Shown piece after piece: positions 41,235 to 51,819 of a DNA stretch of 64,000 bases; positions within the stretch are counted from its first letter, which is position 1; every line of letters begins with the position of its first letter. This DNA comes from an uncultured Actinomycetes bacterium (GTDB lineage: Bacteria > Actinomycetota > UBA4738 > HRBIN12). The notes below the pieces were generated by a model. The model did no database searches. It saw only the letters and a list, made by a program, of their open reading frames with translations, and was not told the origin of the DNA. Position numbers and translations under genes: made by a program. Location of the stretch: positions 76,280-140,279 of the forward strand of contig CAVUTN010000006.1 of assembly GCA_963744515.1 (NCBI GenBank). The letters are read 5' to 3'.

Positions 41235-42215
41235 TGCCGTTCACCGACATCGCCGTCGCGGTCCAGATCTCGTTCACGTACTTCACGATCATCTACCTGA
41301 CCGGTCTCGGCGGCCTGTTCAGCGAGCGCTCGGGCATCGTGAACATCGGCCTGGAGGGGCTGATGATCATCGGGACCGTGACCGGCGCGTTCGGCGCGCG
41401 CTTCTTCACCGACACGGTCGGGCTGGGATAGCGCGTGTGGGGTCCGATCCTCGGGCTGCTGTTCGGGGCGTTGTGCGGCGCGATCTTCGCCAGCATCCAC
41501 GCGGTCGCGACGATCACGTTCCGGGTGGACCACATCGTGTCCGGGGTGGTGATCAACCTGGTCGCGATCGGGCTGGCGCGGTTCCTGTCCTACGCGTTCT
41601 TCAACGGGCAGTCGACGCAGTCGGACCCGGGCGGCCCGCACCTGGCGCGGCTGGACATCCCCGGGCTGTCGGCCCTGCCGGGCGGTCTCGGACGGGCGTT
41701 CGAGGGCTTATCGCCGATGGTGCTCGTCGCCGCGTGCTCATGGTCATCCCCGTGTGGTACTCGCTGTACCGCACCCGGTGGGGGCTGCGGCTGCGCTCGT
41801 GCGGCGAGAACCCCGAGGCGACCAGGTCGCTCGGGGTCAGCGTGCCGCGGTACCGCTACCAGGGCGTGTTGCTGTCGGGGGCGTTCGCCGGGCTGTCGGG
41901 CGCCTTCCTGGCGGCCGAGGTGATCGGCAGCTGGCGGGAGGGCCAGACGCTGCGGGCTGGGGTTCATCGCGCTCGCGGCGTTGATCCTGTCGAACTGGAA
42001 CCCGGTCCGGCTCATGTTCTTCGCGTGGTTGTTCGGGTTCGCCGTCGCGATCCCGCTCCGATTGAACGACGCGCCCGTGATCTCGTTGCTCCCCGACGCA
42101 GTTCATCCGGATGATCCCGTACGTCGTCACGATCGTGGCGATCGCGGGCTTCGTCGGTCGCGTGCGACCGCCCGCGGCCGCCGGCCGGGCGTACGAGGGC
42201 GGCGGGGGGAGCTAG
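41234..42215 (+). CDS. ABC transporter permease 2; in-frame TAG (41429-41431) plus at least three frameshifts
   Basis: MPFTDIAVAVQISFTYFTIIYLTGLGGLFSERSGIVNIGLEGLMIIG...GLG-TAG-RVWGPILG...HIVSGVVINLVAIGL / ...RTRWGLRLRSCGENPEA... / GLGFIALAALILSNWNP.. / MIPYVVTIVAIAGFVGR..., ending at TAG 42213-42215. Confidence 0.7.
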
Positions 42216-42839
42216 CGGGCGTACTCGGTCCCGAACAGCCGGTCCCCGAAGTCCCCGAGCCCCGGCACGATGTACCCGCGCTCGTTCAGCTGGCGGTCGA
42301 TCGCCGCGGTGAAGATCGGCACGTCGGGGTGATCGGCCTCCATCTTCCGGATCCCCTCGGGCGCGGCCACGACGCAGACGAAGCGGATCGACGCGGGCCC
42401 GCCCTCCTTGACGGCGGACGTCGCCGCCGAACCCGAGCCGCCCGTGGCGAGCATCGGGTCGAGCACCAGGACGTGCCGGCCCTCGACCGGTGGGAGCTTG
42501 CGGTAGTACGACTGCGGCTCGAGCGACGCCTCGTCGCGTTCGAGGCCGATGTACCCGACGGCGACCTCGGGGAACAGCTCGGTCACCGCCTCCAGCATCC
42601 CGAGCCCCGCGCGCAGGATCGGCACGGCGACGAGGTCGTCCAGCACGCCGTCCGGTCGTCTCCTCGAGCGGGGTCCGCACCGTGATCTCCGTCGTCGGGA
42701 GGTCGCGGATCGCCTCGAGCGCGAGGGTCAGGGCCAGGCGCTTGGCCAGCGTTCGGAACACCGGGGGCGCCGTCTCCTCCGATCGGAGCTGCGCCAGGAG
42801 GTGGCCGGCGAGCGCGTGGTCCACGACGGTCACGGACAC
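42212..42839 (-). CDS. upp: uracil phosphoribosyltransferase; +1 frameshift near 42650
   Basis: MSVTVVDHALAGHLLAQLRSEETAPPVFR... joins track ORF 42212..42646 (VPILRAGLGM, VLDPMLATGGS, YIVPGLGDFGDR). Confidence 0.85.
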
Positions 42840-42937
42840 GCGCGCATCCTACCGGGGGTTGCCGAACCCCGCTCACCTGACGCGTCGGTCGCCGACGGGT
42901 TGCCAGAGCTGGGCGGGGCTGCCACGATGGCGCCCTG

Positions 42938-42988
42938 ATGCGGGAGACCTTCGGCTTCTGGTTCTACGGCGGGCGGTGCCCGGCCTAG
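42938..42988 (+). CDS. aromatic-rich leader peptide MRETFGFWFYGGRCPA (attenuation leader candidate)
   Basis: Own translation of the 270-nt spacer before DAHP synthase. Five of six consecutive codons (42950-42967) are Phe, Trp or Tyr. Confidence 0.5.
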   Translation: MRETFGFWFYGGRCPA

Positions 42989-43012
42989 TCGCCTGAACCG
43001 AAGGGAACAGCG

Positions 43013-43044
43013 ACCCCGGGCCGGGAGCCCGGGGTTTCGTCGTT
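43013..43044 (+). terminator. attenuator-type intrinsic terminator in the DAHP synthase leader
   Basis: ACCCCGGG (43013-43020), loop ccgggag, CCCGGGGT (43028-43035), then UUCGUCGUU. There is no upstream plus-strand gene for it to terminate. Confidence 0.5.
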
Positions 43045-43109
43045 CCCGAGGCCGTTCGAGGGCGTGCGGGACCGGGCGGGTGGGCCGCCCGGGGAGACGG
43101 AGGAACGCG

Positions 43110-44137
43110 ATGGTCGTGGTCATGAAGCGCGAGGCCACCGAGGCCGACGTCGAGGCGGTCTCCGAACGCGTACGCGCCGCCGGCGGCGAGGCCTTCGTCT
43201 CGCGCGGGGCGGTCCACACGATCATCGGTCTGGTCGGCGACACCGAGCGGTTCCAGGCGATCCCGTGGCGACAGCTCCCGGGCGTGGACCACGTGATCCA
43301 GGTCGGCAAGCCCTACAAGATGGTGGCCGCCGACCTGCACCCGGCGCCGACCACCGTGAACGTGGGCTCGACGGCCGGTGGGTCGCGGAACGTTCACCCT
43401 GATCGCCGGGCCGTGCGCGGTCGAGAGCGAGGAGCAGGCGCTGCTCGCGACCAAGGCCGCGAGGGCCGCCGGCGCGACGATCCTGCGCGGCGACGTCTAC
43501 AAGCCGCGGACGTCGCCGTACTCGTTCCAGGGGCTGGGGGAGCGAGGGCTCGAGGTGCTGGAGGAGTGCCGGCGCCAGACCGGGCTGCCGATCGTCGTGG
43601 AGGTCGTCGACGTGTCGCAGGTGGAGCACGTCGCCGCGGTGGCCGACTGCATCCGTGTCGGCACGCGGAACGCCCAGAACTTCGAGCTGCTCAAGGAGGT
43701 CGGACTCTCGCGCAAGCCCGGTGATGCTCAAGCGCGGCCTCGCGATGACGATCGAGGAGTGGCTCCAGGCCGCCGAGTACGTCGCGCAACGCGGCAACTC
43801 CGAGATCATCCTGTGCGAGCGCGGGATCCGCACGTTCGAGCCGGCCACGCGGAACACCCTCGACCTCGCGGGGATGGCGGTCGCGCAGACCGAGTCCCAT
43901 CTGCCCGTGATCGTCGATCCGTCGCACGCGGTCGGGAAGCGGCACCTCGTCGCGCCGATGTCGCGCGCGGCCCTCGCCGCCGGCGCGGACGCGGTGATGA
44001 TCGACGTCCACCCCGATCCCGAGAGCGCCCTGTGCGACGGCCCGCAGGCCCTCACGCCCGACGAGATCCTCGACCTCGGTCGCGAGCTCGAGCAGCTCGC
44101 CGCGGCGCTGGGGCGGCCGTTCAACCACGCTCGGTAG
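43110..44137 (+). CDS. 3-deoxy-7-phosphoheptulonate (DAHP) synthase, type I-beta with N-terminal regulatory domain; +1 frameshifts near 43375 and 43720
   Basis: GGAGG RBS then ATG 43110. [17 protein letters not shown]... (ferredoxin/ACT-like), then [12 protein letters not shown]...[13 protein letters not shown]...VMLKRG...VIVDPSHA across track ORFs 43080, 43378 and 43655. Confidence 0.85.
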
Positions 44138-44317
44138 GCCGTTCGGCCGACCGTTCCCGTAGCCCCTCCTTCCGACTCGCCTGCACTCCTGGGATTCGCG
44201 GACGCTTCAAGGGGCGTTCGCTCGGCGGCCGCAGCGCGGCCCATCCCGAGTGGTGCGCTCAACCGGGAGCGACAGCGGTCGCTGGGGAAGCCCAGCCTCG
44301 GGGGAAGGAGTTCGAAC

Positions 44318-47300
44318 GTGCACGCACGCATCCGCTCGATCCTGGCATCGCTCGCGATCGTCCTGGCGCTGGTCATCGCCATCCCGGCGGGAGCCGCCAA
44401 GAACACCAAGCCGGCGGCCGGAACGCCCCACGCCGACAAGGTCATCCTCTTCGCGTCCGACGGTATGCGCCCGGACCTCATGGAGCAGTACGCGGCCGAG
44501 GGGGTCATGCCGACCTATGCGGATCTGATGGCGAAGGGTGTCCGGGGTGCGAACGGTCTGACCCAGGGGTTCCCTCCCAACACCGGTGTGGGCTGGTACA
44601 CGCTGGCGACCGGCGCCTACCCGGGGGAGCACGGATCGACGAACAACACCTTCCACCGGACCGGTGAGGGCAACTTCAACAACTCCACGAGCTTCGCCAC
44701 GACGGGGCTGCTGCAGGCCGACACGATCCAGCAGGCGGCCGAGCGCGCCGGCAAGACCGTCGTCTCCCTCGAGTGGGTCGGTTCGCGCAACCTGGTGCCC
44801 GCGCTCCAGGGTCCGGTCGTGGACTTCCGCTCCTTCTTCTCCCGGCGCGGGGTGCTCGTGAACTACGACATCGCCGGGGCAGCCCGCGGGCGCGAACGCG
44901 TTCGGCGTGGACTACTTCCGTGTCGATCTCGATCCCGCCGTCGGGTGGACGAACGTCCCGAGCTCGTTCAGCCCGGCGATGCAGGAGCAGCTCACGAACA
45001 CGACGACCTTCGGCGCCCAGAATCCCACGCGCGTCTACGACCTGTACATCTACGACTCGACCGACGACACAACCACCAACTACGACCACGTGCTGGTGGT
45101 GCCGGACTCGGCAACCAAGAACGGGAGCGCGTCGGTCGCCGATCTCGAGCAGGGCGAGTGGGCCGACGTCAAGGTCACGCTGATCGGCGCTCGCGCCGGC
45201 CAGACGGCGGGGTTCTTCCTGAAGGCGATCGACATCGCCTCGGACCTGTCGACGTTCCGCATCTACTTCACGTCTGTGGCTCGCGCCAACGCGACCTACA
45301 ACGGCTGCACGTACGCGCCGGGTTGCAGCACGGCCCTCGGCTTCGAAGAGACGCTCAACCACGACTTCCCGAGCTCGACGGCGGCGGACTTCGCCCCGCT
45401 CGAGGCCGGGATCGTCGACGAGGACACGTACGTGGAGCAGGGGCTCGCCTGGGCAGACGCCCACCAGGCGTACCTCACGTACATCATCGACGACGCTGGA
45501 CGTGGACCCCGATCTGCTCATGCTCGGGACGCCGACCACCGACGAGTTCCAGCACCAGTTCATGGGGCTCGTCACGCCCACCGATATCGACGGCAACCCG
45601 AACCCCTACTACGACGACGTCACGAACGACGACGTCCTCGACGGGCGGCTCGCGGCTCGCGAGGGCTACATCCGATCGGCGTACGAGGAGGCCGACGACA
45701 CGCTCGCCCTCGGGCGTGAGCTGATGGGCTCGAACGCGACCGTGTTCGCCAGCTCGGATCACGGGTTCGCGCCGCAGTGGTTCGCGGTCAACGCGAGCAA
45801 GGTCCTGAAGGACGCGGGACTCCAGACGACCGAGCAGCTCAACGCCGTCGGCCTGCTCCAGAACTGCCGGAAGGCGTTTTCGGGGGCGACCCTCGCCAAG
45901 GCGTGCTGGGCGGGCGGCACGGCGCAGATCTACCTCAACCTGGCCGGCCGCGATCCGAACCCACCGATCTCGGGAACGGCATGTCCGTGCCTGAACGACC
46001 CACAGGTGCCGGCGGATCAGTATGACGCCGTCCGGAACCAGATCGTGACCGCCTTCGAGACCCTGACGGACCCGGCCAACCCCGGCGCCCAGGTGGTCGA
46101 GGATGTCCTCCTGAAGGAAGAGCTCCGCGACGTCGACGGGAGCGACTCCCTGCACCCGAACCGCAGCGGCGACGTGGTCGTGGTCCTGCGGCCGCCCTAC
46201 CAGTTCGACGCGGCGACACCCGGTCAGACCATCGCGTTCTCGCAGTTCTTCGGACAGCACGGGTACTTCCCGGATCTGGTCGATCTCGCGCACAACGTCA
46301 ACATGCACGCGACGTTCGTCGCCGCCGGCCCGGGGGTCCGCAAGCAGGACCCGGTCGACGGCATCCGAGCGGTGGACGTCGCGCCCACCGTCTCCTTCCT
46401 GATGGGCATCCCCGGCCCGCAGAACGCTCGAGGTCGGATCCTGACCGAGTTGTTCCCGCAGCCCGGCCGGTGGAAGACCGCGACGATCCTGGACATCAGC
46501 GACTACCACGGGCAGCTCGTCCCGCTCACGGAGGCCGCCGACAACCTGTCGGGCGGCGGCGCGGCGAACCCGGCCTTCCCCATCGGCGGATCGGCGTTCC
46601 TCAAGGCGTGGTTCGACCTGTACCGGTCCGAGGCGCCGAACGGATCGATCACGGTCGCGGCGGGAGACTCGGTCGGGGCGACACCGCCGATCTCCGCCTT
46701 CTTCGGCGACGTGCCGACGATCGAGATCATGAACCTGATGGGGTTCTCGGCGGACGGACTCGGGAATCACAACTTCGACAAGGGCGAGCAGTACCTGCGG
46801 AACACGTTGATCCCGCTCGCCGACTTCCCCTACCTTTCCTCGAACATCGTGGACGCGCAGGGGAACACACCCGCGGAGTGGTCCCCGTCGCGGGTCTTCG
46901 GCTTCGCCGGGACGAAGATCGGCCTCGTGGGCTTCTCGAACGAAGACATCCCCGAGCTGATCTTCCCCGGCGGTCTCGGACCGTTCCACGTCGCATCCCG
47001 GGTCCCGGCGGTGCAGGCCGAGGTCGACCGCCTGAGGAGCACCGGGGTCAACACGATCGTCGTCATGGGGCATGACGGCGCGACCGCCGGAACGCTCACG
47101 GCCCCCACGGGCCCGGTCGTGAACCTCGCCGACGGGCTCACGGGGGTCGATGCGGTGATCGGCGATCACACCAACGTCCAGGTGCTGACGACCCGGCCGA
47201 ACGGCGTGCTCCTGACCGAGAACCTCAGCAAGGGCGCGCGGTTCACGCGGATCCGGCTCGTGATCGACACCAGCACGAAGGCGGTCGTCTACAAGACGGC

Positions 47301-48103
47301 CGACTTCCACAAGCCGTGGACGATGGGGGTGACGCCCGATCCCGCGATCCAAGCCGAGATCGACGACCTCAACGCGCAACTCCAACCCATCCTCGGAACG
47401 GTGATCGGCTCCTCGACGGTCGAGATCCTGCGGTCCGACGTCTGCGGTCGGGTCGACGGCAGGCTGTGCGAATCGCTCGTCGGCGACGTGACGACCGACG
47501 CGATGCGCGCCGCCTACGGGGCCGACTTCGCGATCACCAACTCGGGTGGCCTGCGCGACCGGCTCACGTGTCCGGCGGCCGGCGGCGGGACCGGGTTCTG
47601 TCCGCCCTCGTCGCCGCCCCCGTACCCGATCACGCGCGGCCAGGTGCTCGCGGTGCTCCCGTTCGGCAACGTCGTGGTCACGCTCCTGGTGAACGGAGCC
47701 GAGCTGAAGACGATGCTCGAGAACGGCGTGTCGCAGATGCCGTCGGCGGTCGGGCGGTTCCCACAGGTCTCCGGCCTGTGCTTCACCTACAACATCGAGG
47801 CCTCACCCGGGAACCGTGTGACCGGAGCCGTCCGCCAAGCGCCGGACGGGGAGCTGCACCGGCGCCCCGGTGGACCTGACGTCGTCGACCGCGTACGAGA
47901 TCGCCGAGAACGACTTCATGGTGAGCGGCGGCGACGGCTACCCGAACTTCTTCGCGCGCGCGACGACACGGGACATCATGGACCAGGTCCTCGCCGACTA
48001 CGTGACGGCGAACACGCCGATCTCGCCGGCGATCCAGGCGCGCATCCACTGTTTCGACCCGAACCCCGGATCCGGGAACGACTGTCCGGTTGGGTCGACC
48101 TAG
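44318..48103 (+). CDS. secreted nucleotide pyrophosphatase/phosphodiesterase (alkaline-phosphatase superfamily) fused to 5'-nucleotidase (about 1260 aa); +1 frameshifts near 44880, 45493 and 47848
   Basis: Signal peptide [36 protein letters not shown]...[16 protein letters not shown]...SSDHGF (NPP-type). Then [11 protein letters not shown]...[10 protein letters not shown]...VVMGHDG (metallophosphoesterase) and a 5'-NT C-terminal domain. Four track ORFs in frames 2,0,1,2. Confidence 0.8.
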
Positions 48104-48153
48104 GCGACGCGACGGCATGATCGGCCGGGCCTGCGAGAGCGCGGGCCCGGCCG

Positions 48154-48931
48154 CTAGCCCGGGAGGACCGGGGTGAGCTCGGCGATGTCGCACGAGCCGC
48201 GCCAACGCGCGAGCCACTCGCTCGGGGCACCCACCCGGCTCTTGCGCTTGTCGACGAGGAGCTTGGCCGCCTCCTCCCACTCGGGGCCCTGCAGCACGCG
48301 CGAGGCCGCGTGGAACTCGCTCGCCGCGGTCTCGCGGCCCTTGCGCCGCGTCACGACCACGAGCTCGGATGCGCCCGGGGATGCCGGGGACGGTCTGGTC
48401 CTCGGGGCCGGGCTCCCGCTGGGACAGCACGAAGATCTTCCCGTTGCGGTAGACGAACCACGACGGGATCAGCTTGCGCCGCCCGCCGGCCTCGACGCCG
48501 ACCCAGATCACGTCCGAGCGCTTGAGCCCGTCCTCGATCGTCTTCGGGAGCTTCGGGGACCCGAGCTGGACCAGGACCGGCACCTCGATCTCGCCGACGA
48601 TCTCGTGATCGATGACGAACGAGACGACGTAGGTCCCGGTCTCGTCGAACCGGGCGTCCGAGATCGCGTCCGTCTCGACGGTGAGATCCATCGAACCGAG
48701 CATCCGGCGGACCGCCGGACCCCAGCGGTGCACCAGACGTCCGGAGGGGCCGTAGAAATGGATCTCCTCGCTCACCGTCCCCGTCGCGACCTTCCAGGCG
48801 CGGGTGACGACGAACGGGAGCGCCGTGCCGGGCATGCCGAGCAGGTAGACGCCCGCAGGACCCTGTTCGCCGTACGTGTCCCAGACCCGCAGGTCCACGA
48901 CGTTGGCGGAAACGAGCTCGCCGACGGTCAT
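48154..48931 (-). CDS. hypothetical protein; +1 frameshift near 48365
   Basis: Start of track ORF 47783..48931 joins track ORF 48154..48360 at GIPG-ASELVVVTRRKG. No motif I can name. Confidence 0.5.
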
Positions 48932-49003
48932 CGCCGCGTGAGGATACCCGACACCCGCCCGCTCACGCGCCGTCGCTCGAGCGTTCGGGCGAGCGTCAGC
49001 GGG

Positions 49004-50188
49004 TCACGCGCTGCGAGCGAGCCACAGGCGTGGTTCCTCGAGCTCGGGCATCGACGGGAGCGCCTCGGCCGAATCCCACATCCGCGCCAGCGTCGCCTCG
49101 TCGGTGAGCTCGACGACCGTGTCGCAGAAGGCCCGACCCAGCCGGTACTGCTCGCGCTTGACCTCGATCCCGAGCAGCCGCTCGAACACCGGGTCGACCT
49201 GTTCGGTCTCGCGGTAGCGCCGCATCGCCTCGTCGATCCGGGCGTACGAGGGCAGCATCTGCGCCCCGAGCGCGTGCATCACGTGGTCGCCGTAGCCCTC
49301 GGCGGCGGTCATGAACGCCTGGACCCGGCGGAGCTTGAGCCGCTGCTCGTCGTCCATCACGGCGCCGAACATCGAATCCTCTCCCGCGAGCATCTCCTGC
49401 ATGCCCTCCGGGTTCGAGGGATCGAGCGACGCGAGCCGCTGCTGGAGCTCGCCGACGTCGAGCGTGAGCGTCGAGGTGAAGTCGTCGATCAGCTCCCGGA
49501 ACCGCGTGAGCGCCCACGGCCGCGCGAACTCGAACCGGTGGGTCACCTCGTGGATCGCGATCCAGGTCCGGAAGTCGGTCGGGTCCAGGCTCCACTCCTT
49601 CTCGAAGCGGGCGATGTTCGGGACGACGAACAGCAGCGCGCCCGAGCCGTCGGGCCGCGGCACGGCGATGTCGTACTGCCCGAGCACCTGCTGGGCGAGC
49701 GTCCCGAGGACGGTGCCGACCTGCGCGCCGAGCAGCAGCGGCGAGAGCTGCCCCAGCACCTGCGCGACCCCGGCCTGCGACGGCTCCGGCATCGCGTCCT
49801 GCTGCGCGGCGGCGATCGCGTCGCCGATCTTCGCGGCCGCCGGTTCGAGCACGGCCCGCAGCCCCTCGATGTTCGCCTGGACCCACTGCCCGCGCCGAAC
49901 GGCCTCGACCTTCGGGATGTCGGAGGGCGCCTCGAGGCCGGTGAACCCGGCGACCTGGAGCTCGGCGACCCGAACGGCCTCCTCGAACCCGCGACGGTCC
50001 CCCTCGCCGGGGGCGGGGTCCTCGGTGCCCCAGGACGCCGACGCGATCCCGACCTGCCTCGCGAGCTCCCAGTTCACCGGTCCGCTCGAGGACATCAGCA
50101 CCCGCTGGATCTCGCGGAACAGCGGGACGTCGTTCCAGACGTCGCCGGGCGGGACGCCGAACGGTTGCTCCTCGGGCGTGGGGCTCAT
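49004..50188 (-). CDS. zinc-dependent metalloprotease (DUF2342 / putative hydrolase family)
   Basis: Track ORF intact at 394 aa. IAIHEVTHRFEF contains HExxH. Confidence 0.75.
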   Translation of the reverse strand: MSPTPEEQPFGVPPGDVWNDVPLFREIQRVLMSSSGPVNWELARQVGIASASWGTEDPAPGEGDRRGFEEAVRVAELQVAGFTGLEAPSDIPKVEAVRRGQWVQANIEGLRAVLEPAAAKIGDAIAAAQQDAMPEPSQAGVAQVLGQLSPLLLGAQVGTVLGTLAQQVLGQYDIAVPRPDGSGALLFVVPNIARFEKEWSLDPTDFRTWIAIHEVTHRFEFARPWALTRFRELIDDFTSTLTLDVGELQQRLASLDPSNPEGMQEMLAGEDSMFGAVMDDEQRLKLRRVQAFMTAAEGYGDHVMHALGAQMLPSYARIDEAMRRYRETEQVDPVFERLLGIEVKREQYRLGRAFCDTVVELTDEATLARMWDSAEALPSMPELEEPRLWLARSA

Positions 50189-50297
50189 GCGGTCATCCTA
50201 CGGCCGGCGAGCCGGCCGGAACGCCGGCCGGCCAAGGGCCCGCCGGAGCGCGGTCCGGGTCGGCCTCGACGGCCGGGACCCTCGCTACGATGGGTCC

Positions 50298-50723
50298 GTG
50301 CGACCCGACCTGCTCGTGCGCGTCACGGCGGACCCGATCGGCGCCGACGAGGCGGTCGGGTTCGTGAGCGACCCCGCGGCGGGTGGCACCTGCGTCTTCC
50401 TGGGGACCGTGCGCGACCACTCCGAGGCCGGCGCGGTGACCGGCCTCACGTACGAGGCGTGGGTGGACCAGGCCGAGCGACGGCTCGAGGAGCTCGCGGA
50501 CGAGATGTTCGAGCGCTGGCCGCTGCGCAAGGTCGCGTTCCTGCACCGGTTCGGCGAGCTCGGGCTCGGCGACGTCTCCGTCGTGGTCGCCTGCTCGTCC
50601 GCGCACCGCGCCGAGGCGTTCGAGGCGTGCCGCCACGGGATCGAGCAGCTCAAGCAGGACGTGCCGATCTGGAAGAAGGAGCACCTCACCACCGGGGTCT
50701 CGAGCTGGGTGATGGGGTCGTGA
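50298..50723 (+). CDS. moaE: molybdopterin synthase catalytic subunit MoaE
   Basis: GTG 50298 in the frame of track ORF 49311..50723: ...GGTCVFLGTVRDHSEAGAVTGLTYEAW...AFEACRHGIEQLKQDVPIWKKE. Confidence 0.8.
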   Translation: MRPDLLVRVTADPIGADEAVGFVSDPAAGGTCVFLGTVRDHSEAGAVTGLTYEAWVDQAERRLEELADEMFERWPLRKVAFLHRFGELGLGDVSVVVACSSAHRAEAFEACRHGIEQLKQDVPIWKKEHLTTGVSSWVMGS

Positions 50724-50763
50724 CCCGCCGGGGGGCCGTGACGTTCGGGACCTCGGGCCGCTG

Positions 50764-51771
50764 ATGGGGCGCGATCTCGCGATCGACCTCGGGACCGCGA
50801 ACACGCTCGTCTACCGCCAGGGCGAGGGGATCGTGTTCAACGAGCCGACCGTCGTGGCGATGAACTCGTCCACCGGCAAGGTCGAGGCGATGGGCGACGA
50901 GGCCTGGCAGATGATCGGCGGGCGTTCGGGCAACGTGGTCGCGCTCCGTCCGCTCCGTCACGGGGTGATGACCGAGTTCGACATCACCCAGCGGATGATC
51001 GAGGTGGTGCTGCGCCGCGTCGGCGTCTCCCGGTTCCCCAAGCCCCGGGTGCTGGCCTGCGTGGCGAGCGAGTCCTCCGAGGTCGAACGGCGGGCCGTCC
51101 GCGAGGCCGTGCGGTTCGCCGGCGGGCGCGACGTCGTGCTGGTCGAGGAGCCGCTCGCCGCGGCGGTGGGGGCGCGGCTCCCGATCCACGAGCCGATCGG
51201 GAACCTGATCGTCGACATCGGCGGCGGCATGACCGAGATGGCGGTCGCCTCGATGGGCGGGGTCGTGTCCGGCGGCTCGACGCGCCTGGGCGGGTTCGAT
51301 CTGGACGCCGCGATCCAGGATCACCTGCGTCGCGCGTACGACGTCGCGATCGGGGAGAAGTCGGCCGAGGAGATCAAGATCGCGATCGGTTCGGCGTTCC
51401 CCGCTCCGCGCGGGCGCGCCGCGATCGTGACGGGCCGGGCGCTCGCGACGGGCGCACCCACCGAGATCCGCGTGACCGAGGACGAGATCCGGCAGGCGAT
51501 GTCCGAACCCGTCCACCAGATCGTCGAGGCCGCGAGACGGACGATCGCCGAGGCGCCCCCCGAGCTCACCCACGACGTGCTCGAGGCGGGGATGTTCCTC
51601 ACCGGTGGTGGCGGCCTGCTCCGGGGGCTCGACCTGCTCCTGTCGCAGGAGTGCGAGGTGCCGGTGCACCTCACCGAACGGCCGCTCGAGACCGTCGTCC
51701 TCGGCCTCGGCGCGATGCTCGAACACCTCGACGACTACCGGACGTCGTTCCAGCTCGTGCGCAAGCGCTGA
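50764..51771 (+). CDS. mreB: rod-shape/actin-like protein MreB
   Basis: Track ORF of 335 aa: LAIDLGTANTLVY...LIVDIGGGMTEMAV...FLTGGGGLLRGLD. Confidence 0.9.
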   Translation: MGRDLAIDLGTANTLVYRQGEGIVFNEPTVVAMNSSTGKVEAMGDEAWQMIGGRSGNVVALRPLRHGVMTEFDITQRMIEVVLRRVGVSRFPKPRVLACVASESSEVERRAVREAVRFAGGRDVVLVEEPLAAAVGARLPIHEPIGNLIVDIGGGMTEMAVASMGGVVSGGSTRLGGFDLDAAIQDHLRRAYDVAIGEKSAEEIKIAIGSAFPAPRGRAAIVTGRALATGAPTEIRVTEDEIRQAMSEPVHQIVEAARRTIAEAPPELTHDVLEAGMFLTGGGGLLRGLDLLLSQECEVPVHLTERPLETVVLGLGAMLEHLDDYRTSFQLVRKR

Positions 51772-51819
51772 CCGTTACCGCGTCCGCAGACGCGCCCGCG
51801 AGGCCGTCGTCCAGGCCGA

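Noticed and set aside
44139-44160. Two CCGTTC/GTTC repeats 12 nt apart upstream of the secreted phosphodiesterase gene, as a possible PhoP (PHO) box.
   Set aside because: The period is 12 rather than 11 nt. There are only two short units. They lie about 170 nt from the start, directly abutting the DAHP synthase stop.
50189-50297. Moco riboswitch upstream of moaE. The same question was asked for a purine or nucleoside riboswitch in 37155..37319 upstream of the BMP operon.
   Set aside because: The spacers are short and show only generic GC hairpins (for example GCCCCG-TGTT-CGGGGC at about 37279-37294). No conserved riboswitch core sequences that I know are present.
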